From Phycisphaeraceae bacterium (GTDB lineage: Bacteria > Planctomycetota > Phycisphaerae > Phycisphaerales > Zrk34): a stretch of DNA of 64,000 bases. The notes beneath the pieces were generated by a model, which was given only the letters and a program-made list of their open reading frames with translations, had not been told where the DNA came from and made no database searches. The translations under genes were made by a program, and so were the position numbers. Below, in pieces: positions 28,446 to 45,888 of the stretch. The stretch is taken from positions 1,688 through 65,687 of the forward strand of contig JANQHK010000087.1 of assembly GCA_028282685.1 (NCBI GenBank). Direction: 5' to 3'. The stretch's first letter is position 1, and every line of letters starts with the position of its first letter.

Positions 28446-29780
28446 ATGAGCCACCCTCCCGCCAATGCCCCCCACGCCGCGGTCTGCGGTATGCAATGGG
28501 GCGATGAAGGCAAGGGAAAAATCGTTGATGTGCTGACCGAGCAATACGATCTGATCATCCGATACAACGGCGGCGCCAATGCCGGGCATACCGTGGTGGT
28601 CGGGGATCAGAAATACGCTTTGCACCTGCTGCCGTCCGGGATCATTCGGCCGGACAAGCTGAGCGTGATCGCCAACGGTGTGGTGGTCGACCCGCAGACG
28701 CTGATTGGTGAAATCAACGGCATGCGCGACCGCGGCATCACCATCGACGGCAACCTGAAAATCTCCACCCGGGCGCACCTGGTTCTGCCCTACCACAAGC
28801 AGCAGGACGCCCTGATGGAGGCGGCCGTCTCCACCGCGCGCGGCGATGAGCGCAAGATCGGCACCACCGGACGCGGCATCGGTCCCTGTTACGCCGACAA
28901 GATGACACGCTCCACCGCCCTGCGCGCCGGCGATTTGCTGGACGAATCGTCACTGGCCGAGAAACTGAAATACATCATCGCGGTGAAGAACGCTGTCCTG
29001 GGCGCGCTGGCCGAAATGTCCGACACCCCCTTCGAACCGATTGATCCCGATGAAACCATGGACCGGTGCCTGGAATACGCGCGTGATCTGGCCCCCTTCA
29101 TCACCGACACCACCTCGCTGTTGCACCGGGCCATCGCCGACGGACGCAAGCTGCTGTTCGAAGGGGCCAACGGATGCATGCTCGATGTCGATCACGGAAC
29201 GTACCCCTACGTGACCAGTTCCAACACCGGCGCGGTCGGCATCTACGCCGGAGCCGCCGTGCCCGGCCACACCGTCGATCGCATCGTGGGCATCATGAAG
29301 GCCTACACCACGCGCGTCGGCGGAGGACCGTTCCCCACCGAACTGCATAATGAAACCGGCCGGCTCATCCGCGACCGCGGGAATGAATACGGCACAACGA
29401 CCGGTCGCCCCCGTCGCTGCGGCTGGCTCGATCTGGCCGTCGTCCGTTATGCCGCAGCCATCAACGGCGCCACCGAGCTGGCAGTCATGCTGCTGGATGT
29501 CCTGGCGGGCTTTGAAACGCTGCACGTCTGCACCGCCTACAAACTGGACGGCAAAGTCATCGATCACTACCCCGCCACGCGCAGTGAACTGGAGCGCGCC
29601 GAGCCGGTTTACCGCCAGGCGCCCGGCTTCACCGAGGAGATCACCGGTTGCCGAGCGTTCGAAGAGCTACCCGCCGCCGCGCAGCAATACGTCGAACTGA
29701 TCGAGAGCGAAGTCGGCGTTCCCGTCAGACTGATCAGCGTCGGTCCCGAACGTTCTCAGACCCTGACCCGTGACGCATGA
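28446..29780 (+). CDS. purA: adenylosuccinate synthase
   Basis: 444 aa. The P-loop GMQWGDEGKGKIVD is present, along with GGANAGHTV, TTGRGIGPCY and GTTTGRPRRCGWLD. Confidence 0.96.
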   Translation: MSHPPANAPHAAVCGMQWGDEGKGKIVDVLTEQYDLIIRYNGGANAGHTVVVGDQKYALHLLPSGIIRPDKLSVIANGVVVDPQTLIGEINGMRDRGITIDGNLKISTRAHLVLPYHKQQDALMEAAVSTARGDERKIGTTGRGIGPCYADKMTRSTALRAGDLLDESSLAEKLKYIIAVKNAVLGALAEMSDTPFEPIDPDETMDRCLEYARDLAPFITDTTSLLHRAIADGRKLLFEGANGCMLDVDHGTYPYVTSSNTGAVGIYAGAAVPGHTVDRIVGIMKAYTTRVGGGPFPTELHNETGRLIRDRGNEYGTTTGRPRRCGWLDLAVVRYAAAINGATELAVMLLDVLAGFETLHVCTAYKLDGKVIDHYPATRSELERAEPVYRQAPGFTEEITGCRAFEELPAAAQQYVELIESEVGVPVRLISVGPERSQTLTRDA

Positions 29781-30511
29781 ACACGTCGGCCATTCCATCT
29801 GAAAACCTGCCGCGGCACGTGGCCATCATCATGGATGGCAACGGACGGTGGGCACGTCAGCAGGGCCGATCGCGTTCGTACGGACACATCGCCGGCGCCG
29901 AGGCCGTCAAACCCATCATCATCGAAGCGGTGGAACGGCGTATCGAAGCGGTAACGCTCTACTCGTTCAGCATGGAAAACTGGAAGCGCCCGGACAACGA
30001 GGTGGCCACCCTGATGGAACTCTACGCCCACCATCTGGCCAAAGAGCGGGCGCTGATCATGGATAACAACGTGCGCTTCATGCACTTCGGTCGCCGCGAA
30101 GGTCTGCCGCAGGGCCTGCTCGACGAACTCGATGAGGCCATGGACTACAGCAAAGACAACACCGGCCTGACATTGGCGCTGGCACTGAACTACGGCGGGA
30201 GGACGGAAATCGCCGATGCCATCCGTCGCATCGCCGAGGCCGCCCAGTCCGGCCGACTCGATCCGCGGCAGATCGACGAATCCACCATCGATGCCCATCT
30301 TTACACGGCGGGACTGCCCGATCCGGACCTGCTGATCCGCACCGCCGGCGAGCGCCGCCTCAGCAATTTTCTGCTCTGGCAGATCAGCTACGCCGAACTC
30401 TGGGTGACGGACACGCTCTGGCCGGACTTTACGGTCGAGCATTTCCGTGACGCCCTACATGATTTCGCTTCCCGCCAGCGCCGCTTTGGAGATGTGGTGA
30501 ACACAGATTAA
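29777..30511 (+). CDS. uppS: isoprenyl transferase (undecaprenyl-diphosphate synthase)
   Basis: 244 aa. Blocks HVAIIMDGNGRWA, FSMENWKRP and ERRLSNFLLWQISYAELW are present. The ATG overlaps the purA stop (ATGA, 29777-29780). Confidence 0.95.
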   Translation: MNTSAIPSENLPRHVAIIMDGNGRWARQQGRSRSYGHIAGAEAVKPIIIEAVERRIEAVTLYSFSMENWKRPDNEVATLMELYAHHLAKERALIMDNNVRFMHFGRREGLPQGLLDELDEAMDYSKDNTGLTLALALNYGGRTEIADAIRRIAEAAQSGRLDPRQIDESTIDAHLYTAGLPDPDLLIRTAGERRLSNFLLWQISYAELWVTDTLWPDFTVEHFRDALHDFASRQRRFGDVVNTD

Positions 30512-30612
30512 CGGGGTGCCCCACCTTCGCGGCTATCCCGCAAGGTGTGTTACGTCAGACGTCGTCAACTCCCACCTTGCCGCGAGGACGCGTCGAAGGT
30601 AGGGCACCCCGT
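30511..30612. repeat. ~100-nt nested inverted repeat in the uppS-cdsA spacer
   Basis: Outer arms acggggtgccccaccttcg (30511-30529) and cgaaggtagggcaccccgt (30594-30612) are complementary at 18/19 positions. Inner arms gcaaggtg (30540-30547) and caccttgc (30573-30580) are perfect. The outer left arm starts on the last base of the uppS TAA. Confidence 0.7.
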
Positions 30613-30665
30613 CGCTCCGGGAGTGTGAAAGCGAAATTGATCGCTCTTCGGTTACAATCCCCTTC

Positions 30666-31661
30666 ATGCTCAAGTACCGGATGATCTTCGGGCCGCTGAT
30701 GATCGCGATGTGCGTGTTCTGCTTCTGGGCGGACATGCGGCTCGATCACGTGTCACTGGACGGATTGGGGTCTGAGCTGTTCCTGGGGCGGTCATATCTT
30801 CCAGCGGGACTGTTGCTGGCCGCCGTCACAATCGGGTTGCTGATTCCCTTGGCGGCGAGGGAGCTGCGCAACATGCTCCAGGCCTCGGGGGTGGCGGCGC
30901 ACGGCTGGCTGATCACGACGATGTCGATGCTGGCCTGCCTGGCGGTCTACGCCACGCCAAGACTGCTGAACGCGCCGATGGGGGCGACGATCATCGCCAG
31001 CGTGCTGGTGGTGGCGTTCGTGGGAACGCTGCTCTGGCACAGCCGACACTCGCAAACACAGGGCGCGATCGGCGCTGCGGGCGCGACCATGTTTGCCGTG
31101 GTGCTGCTGGGACTGATGCCCGGCTTCTACCTGGGCCTGCGGCGGTGGCACTCGGCATGGGTGGTGATGGCGGTGCTTCTCACCGTCAAAAGCTGCGACA
31201 TCGGCGCCTACTTCACCGGGCGTTTCCTCGGGCGACACAAGATGATCCCCTGGTTGAGCCCGAAGAAAACCTGGGAAGGGTTGATCGGCGGCGTGGCGTT
31301 TGCGTCGCTCGTGGCCGTGGGCTTTGCCTGGCTGAGCCACCACACCGAACTGGCGTGGACCTGGCGCAGCGTCGACATGACCGGCGGCGGCGATGAAGTC
31401 CGCCAACTCGTCCCGCAAATCTATCACCTGGGATGGGCGGCGGTGGCGGGCGCATTGTTCGCCCTGGTCGGCCAGTGCGGCGACCTGATGATCTCCCTGT
31501 TCAAGCGCGATGTGGGCATGAAGGATTCCGGCTCGTCAATCCCCGGCTTCGGCGGCGTGCTTGACGTATTCGATTCCCCCCTGCTCGTCGCCCCGGTCGC
31601 TTACTGGATGCTCGAACTGGCCGTCCGCGTGGATTGGGATTTGTCGACCATCGGCAGCTAA
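30666..31661 (+). CDS. cdsA: phosphatidate cytidylyltransferase
   Basis: 331 aa and polytopic. The CDS signature SLFKRDVGMKDSGSSIPGFGGVLDVFDS lies near the C-terminus. Confidence 0.9.
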   Translation: MLKYRMIFGPLMIAMCVFCFWADMRLDHVSLDGLGSELFLGRSYLPAGLLLAAVTIGLLIPLAARELRNMLQASGVAAHGWLITTMSMLACLAVYATPRLLNAPMGATIIASVLVVAFVGTLLWHSRHSQTQGAIGAAGATMFAVVLLGLMPGFYLGLRRWHSAWVVMAVLLTVKSCDIGAYFTGRFLGRHKMIPWLSPKKTWEGLIGGVAFASLVAVGFAWLSHHTELAWTWRSVDMTGGGDEVRQLVPQIYHLGWAAVAGALFALVGQCGDLMISLFKRDVGMKDSGSSIPGFGGVLDVFDSPLLVAPVAYWMLELAVRVDWDLSTIGS

Positions 31662-31702
31662 TTCCGCTTTATCCGCATTCACAACGCCGGTATCATCGCA
31701 TC

Positions 31703-32263
31703 ATGCAGGAACAGATCGAACAGATTCTGATCGATCGGAATCAAATCGCCAAGCGCGTGCGGGAACTGGCGGATCAGATTGCCGCGGACTACCGCCACTT
31801 GTCCGATGAGGCGAGCGAGGACCTGCCGCTGGTGCTCATCGCCATCATGACCGGCAGTGTGATTTTTCTTGCCGACCTGGTCCGTTGCCTGCCGATGATG
31901 ATGCGCATGAAGCTGATATCGGTCAGTTCTTATCCCGGGACGGCACTGAGCAGCCAGGGCGTAACCATCACCGATGAACTTCCGGACGACCTGGCGGGCA
32001 AGCATGTGCTGATCGTCGATGACATTCTCGACTCCGGCAAAACGCTGATGGCCATCCGCTCCCGCGTGCAGCAGAGCAGCGCATCATCGGTGCGGACCTG
32101 TGTGCTGCTGCGAAAAGATCGGCCCAGCGCCCGGGCCACTCCGTCCGAATACGTCGGCTTTGATATTCCGGACCAGTTCGTGGTGGGCTACGGGCTGGAT
32201 TATGATGATCTGTACCGCAATCTTCCCGACGTGGTGACGCTGCGTGATGAGGTGATCGCATGA
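31703..32263 (+). CDS. hpt: hypoxanthine(-guanine) phosphoribosyltransferase
   Basis: ORF 31634..32263, with the start at ATG 31703. The PRPP loop VLIVDDILDSGKTL and the block FVVGYGLDYDDLYRNLP are present. Confidence 0.92.
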   Translation: MQEQIEQILIDRNQIAKRVRELADQIAADYRHLSDEASEDLPLVLIAIMTGSVIFLADLVRCLPMMMRMKLISVSSYPGTALSSQGVTITDELPDDLAGKHVLIVDDILDSGKTLMAIRSRVQQSSASSVRTCVLLRKDRPSARATPSEYVGFDIPDQFVVGYGLDYDDLYRNLPDVVTLRDEVIA

Positions 32264-32874
32264 ATACCTCAAACGACAACAATCCCAACCCCGCGCCCGG
32301 AAGCTGGTGGGCCGAGGGCGAACCGGCGATTGGGTTGCCGACCACCCGGGCCGATGCGCTACTCCCGGCCGACCTGCTCCAGGGCGGCGAGACGATCATC
32401 CTGCTGCTCAAGCCCTCGCTGCTTTATAACCTGTTGGCGGCTCTGGAAGTCGTGGGGGGACTAGTGGGTTTGAGCGTCATCCTGTTGATCATCGAGCCGT
32501 GGTTGAACGCACAGGTGACCCTGCCCATTCCGCCGCGCCAGTTGGCCGTGATCTTGCTGACCGTGGCTGTATTGCGTGTCTTCTGGCAGTTCCTGCAATG
32601 GATCAGCGAAATCTACGTGCTGACCGATCAGCGCGTGATTCGCGTGCGGAATTTTTTCCGCCCCGAGGTCTTCCAAACCCCGCTGATCCGCCTGCAGCAC
32701 ACCGAACTCATTTTCTCGATCCGCGAGCGGTTGTTCGGTCTCGGTTCGATTGCGTTCTCCACCGCCGGCACCGGTCTGGCCGAGGCGTACTGGCTGATGA
32801 TCCGCCGGCCCATGGCCGTCCACCGTAAGATCGTCCAGGCCATCAACCGCGCGCAGGGAAACAGTGGCGCGTAA
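32260..32874 (+). CDS. membrane protein with bacterial PH (bPH/YdbS-YdbT-like) domain
   Basis: 204 aa. The ATG overlaps the hpt stop (ATGA). Two hydrophobic helices are followed by ISEIYVLTDQRVIRVRNFFRPEVFQTPLIRLQHTELIFSIRERLFGLGSIAFSTAG. The family call is from memory only. Confidence 0.5.
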   Translation: MNTSNDNNPNPAPGSWWAEGEPAIGLPTTRADALLPADLLQGGETIILLLKPSLLYNLLAALEVVGGLVGLSVILLIIEPWLNAQVTLPIPPRQLAVILLTVAVLRVFWQFLQWISEIYVLTDQRVIRVRNFFRPEVFQTPLIRLQHTELIFSIRERLFGLGSIAFSTAGTGLAEAYWLMIRRPMAVHRKIVQAINRAQGNSGA

Positions 32875-32936
32875 ATCCGTAGATCCGGCGCTCAGGTATT
32901 TTGACAACGGCTAACCGTCCGACGACCATTGACGCC

Positions 32937-33950
32937 ATGAATCAACAAAACATTGCCATTATCGGCGACGGAGCCATGGCGACCACCTGCGCCATGCTGC
33001 TGGACCACAAGGGGCACCGGGTCACGCTCTGGGGGCCGTTCATCGAGCAGATCGAGGCCCTGATAGCCGAGCGTGAGAATCGCAAGTTCCTGCCGGGAAT
33101 ACCGCTTTCTCCGAGCTTGCAGTTCACCACGGATGAAGATTTCGCCATGCACAAGGCGCAATGGATCATGGCCGCGGTGCCGTCGCAATACATGCGGCAG
33201 GTGCTGAAGCGGTTTGCGGGCAAGGTTCCGGCTGGCGTTCCGATCATTTCCGTCGCCAAGGGCATCGAGCGGAAAACGTTGCTGCGGCCGACGCAGGTAA
33301 TCACTGATGTGCTGGGAACCGATACCATCGGACCTCTGGCGGCGCTGAGCGGACCGAGCATCGCGGGGGAACTGGCCCGCCGCCTGCCCTGCACGATCAC
33401 CGCGGCCTGCGAGCAACCGGACATCGCCGAGCAAATCCAGCAGATGTTCACCACCCACTGGCTACGCGTCTACACCAACGACGATCTGCTGGGCGTGGAA
33501 CTGGCCGGGGCAACCAAGAACGTCATCGCGCTGGCGGGAGGGATCATCGACGGCCTGCGCGCCGGGTACAACGCCAAAAGCGCCCTGCTGTGCCGGGGCC
33601 TTTCGGAGATTGCCCGTCTCGGCACGGCCATGGGAGCGCGCGGGGAAACGTTCTTCGGCATCTCGGGCGTGGGCGATCTGGCGACGACGTGCTTCTGCCC
33701 CGCCGGGCGCAACCGCACCGCCGGCGAACTGCTGGGCAAGGGCTTGAAGCTCGATGATGTGCTGAATCGCATCGAGGGGATCGTGGAGGGCGTGCCGACC
33801 ACGCAGGCCGTGCTGGAGTTGGCCCGCCAGCACGATGTGGAGATGCCGATCACGCAGGCGATTCACGCCGTCCTGTTCGAAGAGCTTGATCCGATCGACG
33901 GCATTGCGCAACTCATGCAGCGCGCGCCCAAGGCCGAGCATGCGGGGTGA
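32937..33950 (+). CDS. gpsA: NAD(P)H-dependent glycerol-3-phosphate dehydrogenase
   Basis: ORF 32901..33950, with the start at ATG 32937 (MNQQNIAIIGDGAMAT, a Rossmann motif). Blocks GPSIAGELA, GATKNVIALAGG and GEGVPT-like EGIVEGVPT are present. Confidence 0.94.
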   Translation: MNQQNIAIIGDGAMATTCAMLLDHKGHRVTLWGPFIEQIEALIAERENRKFLPGIPLSPSLQFTTDEDFAMHKAQWIMAAVPSQYMRQVLKRFAGKVPAGVPIISVAKGIERKTLLRPTQVITDVLGTDTIGPLAALSGPSIAGELARRLPCTITAACEQPDIAEQIQQMFTTHWLRVYTNDDLLGVELAGATKNVIALAGGIIDGLRAGYNAKSALLCRGLSEIARLGTAMGARGETFFGISGVGDLATTCFCPAGRNRTAGELLGKGLKLDDVLNRIEGIVEGVPTTQAVLELARQHDVEMPITQAIHAVLFEELDPIDGIAQLMQRAPKAEHAG

Positions 33951-33962
33951 TAGCGAATCGGG

Positions 33963-35093
33963 TTACGTGATTCGCCGAGGACGCCGACGCCGGTTAATCA
34001 CCATCAATCCGGCGCCAAACAGCATCAACGAAGCCGGCTCGGGAACCGAAGCTTCCACGCCCAGTTCCGTGGCCAGCAAGTCAAATGCCGCTGCCATGTC
34101 GATCCGATCGTAGGTCAATCCGCTTCCGGAATCGCCAATCGTCGTGCCGGTCTGCTGGAGGATATCGAGAAAGCGTTCCTGGAAGTTATCGAAATCGCCG
34201 GCCAGGGAGACATCGTACAACTCGATGAACTCGCGCATGAGCACGGCCGAAGCGGTAACCACCGGGGCGGCATAGCTGGTGCCCGAGCCGGAGGTCTGGC
34301 CGTCGTTCAGCCAGAGTGAGGAGACGGATGCTCCGGGCGCCAGCATTTCCAGGGTATCGTTGCGGTTTGAGCTGTTCCATACGGCGTCGGTGGAGGTGGA
34401 AGCGCCGACGGCGATGACATTATCAAACACCGCGGGGATACTCAGGCCGGTGGTGCTGCCTCCGTTGCCCGAGGCCACCACGGTCACCACATCCATATCG
34501 GCCAGCGTATCGAAAGCGGTGCGCATGCGGTTCATCGTGGACCAACCGGGCACGCTGGAATCCTCGGCGTACGTGGTGCTGGAGCCCATGGAGATATTGA
34601 CGGCCGTGATGTTCAACGCAGCCGCGTTGTCAACCACCCATTCCAGGGCGCCAGCCACATCGTAGAAATCGCCGGAGCCGCTGGCGCTGAGTATGCGCAC
34701 CGAAACGAATTCAACGTTCGGGGCAATGCCATTCAATCCATCCAGCGAGGAGCCCAGCACGCCGGTCACAAAGGTGCCGTGTCCGTTGAGATCCACGTAG
34801 TGCGCCGGGTTCGTCGATTCGTAGTCGAATCCGGCAGCGAAGTTGATGCCGGCGACCACGCGACCGTCCAGGCCGGGATGATCGGTCTGGATGCCGGAGT
34901 CGAACACGGCGATGCGCTGAACGTTGCTGGTGCTGTCATCAACGCCATCGATGTTCGGAAAGAGATCATTGATGGTATCGATGCCGATCAGATCGTTGAC
35001 ATAGGACGCCGCCCCCGCAGGTGAAGCGGTCAACAGAGACACGGCTAAAGCAAGGAGTAACACAAACCAACCACGGATGGTGTCACGGAACAT
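33963..35093 (-). CDS. subtilisin-like serine protease (peptidase S8) with PEP-CTERM sorting signal
   Basis: 376 aa with signal FVLLLALAVSLLTASPAGA. The catalytic residues are Asp (VFDSGIQTDHPGL), His (NGHGTFVTG) and Ser (GTSYAAPVV). The C-terminal VPEPASLMLFGAGLMVINRRRRPRR gives PEP, a TM helix and an Arg cluster. Confidence 0.88.
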   Translation of the reverse strand: MFRDTIRGWFVLLLALAVSLLTASPAGAASYVNDLIGIDTINDLFPNIDGVDDSTSNVQRIAVFDSGIQTDHPGLDGRVVAGINFAAGFDYESTNPAHYVDLNGHGTFVTGVLGSSLDGLNGIAPNVEFVSVRILSASGSGDFYDVAGALEWVVDNAAALNITAVNISMGSSTTYAEDSSVPGWSTMNRMRTAFDTLADMDVVTVVASGNGGSTTGLSIPAVFDNVIAVGASTSTDAVWNSSNRNDTLEMLAPGASVSSLWLNDGQTSGSGTSYAAPVVTASAVLMREFIELYDVSLAGDFDNFQERFLDILQQTGTTIGDSGSGLTYDRIDMAAAFDLLATELGVEASVPEPASLMLFGAGLMVINRRRRPRRIT

Positions 35094-35215
35094 CTTTTAC
35101 CCTCTCTTGAAAACGCGGGTGGGGTTTTCACTACAACCATAAAAAACATCGGACCAACCGTTACAGTGGTTAAGAAAGGCGGAGAAAAAACAGGTTGTTG
35201 TCAAGCCATTACCAG

Positions 35216-35245
35216 AAAAAAACACCCCGCGTCATGGCAGGGTGT
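35216..35245 (-). terminator. candidate rho-independent terminator downstream of the serpin gene
   Basis: On the minus strand the sequence is ACACCC, a 12-nt loop, GGGTGT, then a U-run of 7 (plus-strand A-run 35216-35222). A second 7-bp hairpin GCGAAGC/GCTTCGC lies at 35278-35299. Confidence 0.45.
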
Positions 35246-35311
35246 CGGTGGTGACGGTTGTAACGTTTGTAGCAGCGGCGAAGCAGCGCCCCGCTTCGCG
35301 TTAGACGGCAA

Positions 35312-36556
35312 TCAATGCGATGGATCAATCACACGGCCAATAAATAGGATCGTGCCGCTGTCGGTATCGCGGATCAGAAACAGGAAGGGATGATCGGCGG
35401 TGAATTCAGCCAAGTCCACATCGGCAGCTGCATCCACCACCACACCTGTCGCTGCGGCGGCTTCCGAGCCCTCCTCGTTGACCTCGATGAACGCCTTGTG
35501 CTGAACGCGCGAGATGAACAGGTCGCCTTGAAGATTGATCCCGCCGAAATCCGCTTCGACCGGCTTGAACGCCAACTCCATGCCCATCGCTTTTAATGGC
35601 TCGTTGAGCGACCGCTCCCAGGTCATCCAGAACCGCGGCAGTTGAACGGCGACCTTGCGCTCGTGCATTTGCCCAAGTGCGTTACTGAGCATCACCGGAT
35701 TCAGCTTCTGCTCCAGATCCACCAAGCCGTCCGTCCGGTCGGGCAGGAGAATGATCATACTGACCGCCCCACCGCGGTACGGCAGCTCGATAGCGGCAAA
35801 TCCATCGGCTTTGGCATAGGGAAAATTGTGCGTCTGTCGCATCATGTCCGCCATCGTTTTACGCTCGGCGTCAAGATGAAACACCGCCTGCCTGGTATGC
35901 TTGCGATCGAATTGATTTTCCCAATCGCCCTTGAAGTAGATTGCATTGGTCAGCACGAGTGCCGTGTCCTGGGGATCGAGCATTTCCGGTTTCAGCAATT
36001 CGCGGATTTTCTTGGCGGTCTGCTGTTCGACCCAACGATTGATCTGATCGCAGCCGGGCTGGGGAAAGTCGACCGGCGTGACCTGCGCACCGTAATTTCG
36101 CCACAATCGATCCACGAACACGGCATCGAGCGGCTCGCCTTTCCGCGGCCAGATCGCGCTCGCCAAATGCAGCGTCAGGGAGCGACCGTCCCCGATGGAT
36201 TGCATGTGCGACTGGAGGATGCCCAGGTGGCGGTGCAATTCCGAACCGTAGGCCGGACGACCCACGGCGGCGTCGATCGGCCAACGCAGGGCATGGTACA
36301 TTTGGTATTCGGTATCTCCGACGGCTCCGGCCATGGTCATCGTCAGCGCAATGTCAACACTGCATGGCGACAGGAAAAGATTGCCCGATTCCTCACGAAT
36401 GCACTGGCAATACAAGTCGACGGCGAAGGCGTTGAGACTGGTGCTCAGCGAGCGGGCTTCGTCGGTCAGCGGCAAGGGCGGCTGGAGAGCGGGAGAACGT
36501 TCTTCACACGCCAGCAGCAAACTACAAACAAAACACAGGCAGAGAAAGTGACGCAT
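35312..36556 (-). CDS. serpin-family protease inhibitor, lipoprotein signal
   Basis: ORF 35312..36685, with the start moved to ATG 36556 (MRHFLCLCFVCSLLLAC). The rpoC terminator lies inside the longer ORF version. It has an inhibitory-type hinge EEGSEAAAATGVVV and the C-terminal FTADHPFLFLIRD...GRVIDP. Confidence 0.9.
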   Translation of the reverse strand: MRHFLCLCFVCSLLLACEERSPALQPPLPLTDEARSLSTSLNAFAVDLYCQCIREESGNLFLSPCSVDIALTMTMAGAVGDTEYQMYHALRWPIDAAVGRPAYGSELHRHLGILQSHMQSIGDGRSLTLHLASAIWPRKGEPLDAVFVDRLWRNYGAQVTPVDFPQPGCDQINRWVEQQTAKKIRELLKPEMLDPQDTALVLTNAIYFKGDWENQFDRKHTRQAVFHLDAERKTMADMMRQTHNFPYAKADGFAAIELPYRGGAVSMIILLPDRTDGLVDLEQKLNPVMLSNALGQMHERKVAVQLPRFWMTWERSLNEPLKAMGMELAFKPVEADFGGINLQGDLFISRVQHKAFIEVNEEGSEAAAATGVVVDAAADVDLAEFTADHPFLFLIRDTDSGTILFIGRVIDPSH

Positions 36557-36685
36557 GACTGGCCTCGTACCGTCCAGGAATTGAATACTGCGCTGGTTAA
36601 CGTCCCCAAGCGTAGCCGGATGATTCATATCCAAATTGTACCCATCAGCAAAGTATCTCCCAAGGCCTCTGCAATATCCCATCAC

Positions 36686-36718
36686 AAAGAAAAAGCCCCG
36701 TCCTGAAGGGCGGGGCTT
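36686..36718 (-). terminator. rho-independent terminator after rpoC
   Basis: On the minus strand the sequence is AAGCCCCG, a 10-nt loop, CGGGGCTT, then TTTCTTTG. The stems lie at 36711-36718 and 36693-36700. Confidence 0.75.
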
Positions 36719-36753
36719 GTGAAGGGTGACTTGGAAAAGCCGACGTGAAAAAA

Positions 36754-41193
<4,440 letters not shown>

Positions 41194-41283
41194 GGGTGTG
41201 GCACTCCCGATGTGTCGTGAAAGTTCAATACGTCACCGCGCCCGCAACCGTCCGACGGCGCAGGCGATCCGATCGGCGACCGG

Positions 41284-45069
<3,786 letters not shown>

Positions 45070-45254
45070 CGATCACCTCGATCATGCTGAAGTTACGGGT
45101 GTTGTTCGGGCATCCACGATCGGCGAGCAGAGTTTATATTGTCTACGACGGACCACGCGCCAGCTTCCGCTTCGCTGGAAACTTGGCAGTTTAAGGTCTT
45201 TAAGCTTTCCCGGCAAGTCCTGGTCCCGCTTTTCTGATCGGGCCAGGCGTACTT

Positions 45255-45285
45255 GAGAAAAAGCTCGGGACGCCGCTGTCGGAGC
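45255..45285 (-). terminator. weak hairpin plus U-run in the rplL-rpoB spacer (possible partial attenuator)
   Basis: On the minus strand the sequence is GCTC-C-GAC, a 6-nt loop, GTC-CC-GAGC, then TTTTTCTC. The position is analogous to the known partial terminator between rplL and rpoB in E. coli. Confidence 0.3.
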
Positions 45286-45325
45286 CCCGGGCCTGTAGTC
45301 TCATAAAGCTCTGTGGGCGTGGGAG

Positions 45326-45769
45326 TTACTTGACCTCCACCTCGCCGCCGGCTTCCTTGATCTTTTCGGCCAACTGGTCGGCCTCTTCCTTGGTGACCTT
45401 CTCCTTGATCGGCTTGGGAGGATTGTCGACCAACTCTTTGGCTTCCTTCAGGCCCAGACCGGTCGCCTCGCGGACCACCTTGATGACCTGGATCTTCTTG
45501 TCGCCGGGGCCCTTGAGGATGACGTCGAACTCGGTCTGCTCTTCACCGCCGTCTTCATCGCCGCCGCCTGCCGGACCGGCCATCATCACCGCGCCGCCTG
45601 CGGCGGGCTCGATGCCGTACGCCTCTTTCATGTAGGTCTTGAACTGCTGGGCCTGCAGGATCGACCACTTGACGATCTTGTCGGCGGTTTCCTTGACCTC
45701 GGGGTCCACCTCACTGACAGCCGGGGCTGCCGGAGCTTCGGCTTCGGTCGTTGCGGTTTCTTCGGACAT
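45326..45769 (-). CDS. rplL: 50S ribosomal protein L7/L12
   Basis: ORF 45326..45823, with the start at ATG 45769. The C-terminal domain is [35 protein letters not shown]...[10 protein letters not shown] ~28-aa Ala/Glu/Pro-rich N-terminal extension precedes the L10-binding helix. Confidence 0.93.
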   Translation of the reverse strand: MSEETATTEAEAPAAPAVSEVDPEVKETADKIVKWSILQAQQFKTYMKEAYGIEPAAGGAVMMAGPAGGGDEDGGEEQTEFDVILKGPGDKKIQVIKVVREATGLGLKEAKELVDNPPKPIKEKVTKEEADQLAEKIKEAGGEVEVK

Positions 45770-45888
45770 GGTAGTTTCTCCAGCTGTCTTTAGCCGTTCG
45801 AGAGGTGATCGACCATCGATCATTTAACCCCACCGGGGGCCAATCGTTCGGCTGGTAATTAACGTTCTGCGTTTGCTCGGCGCCGCGC

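Noticed and set aside
30533-30749. Minus-strand ORFs of 67 and 64 aa across the uppS-cdsA spacer
   Set aside because: They are generated by the inverted-repeat element and overlap the cdsA start. They have no RBS and no protein-like composition.
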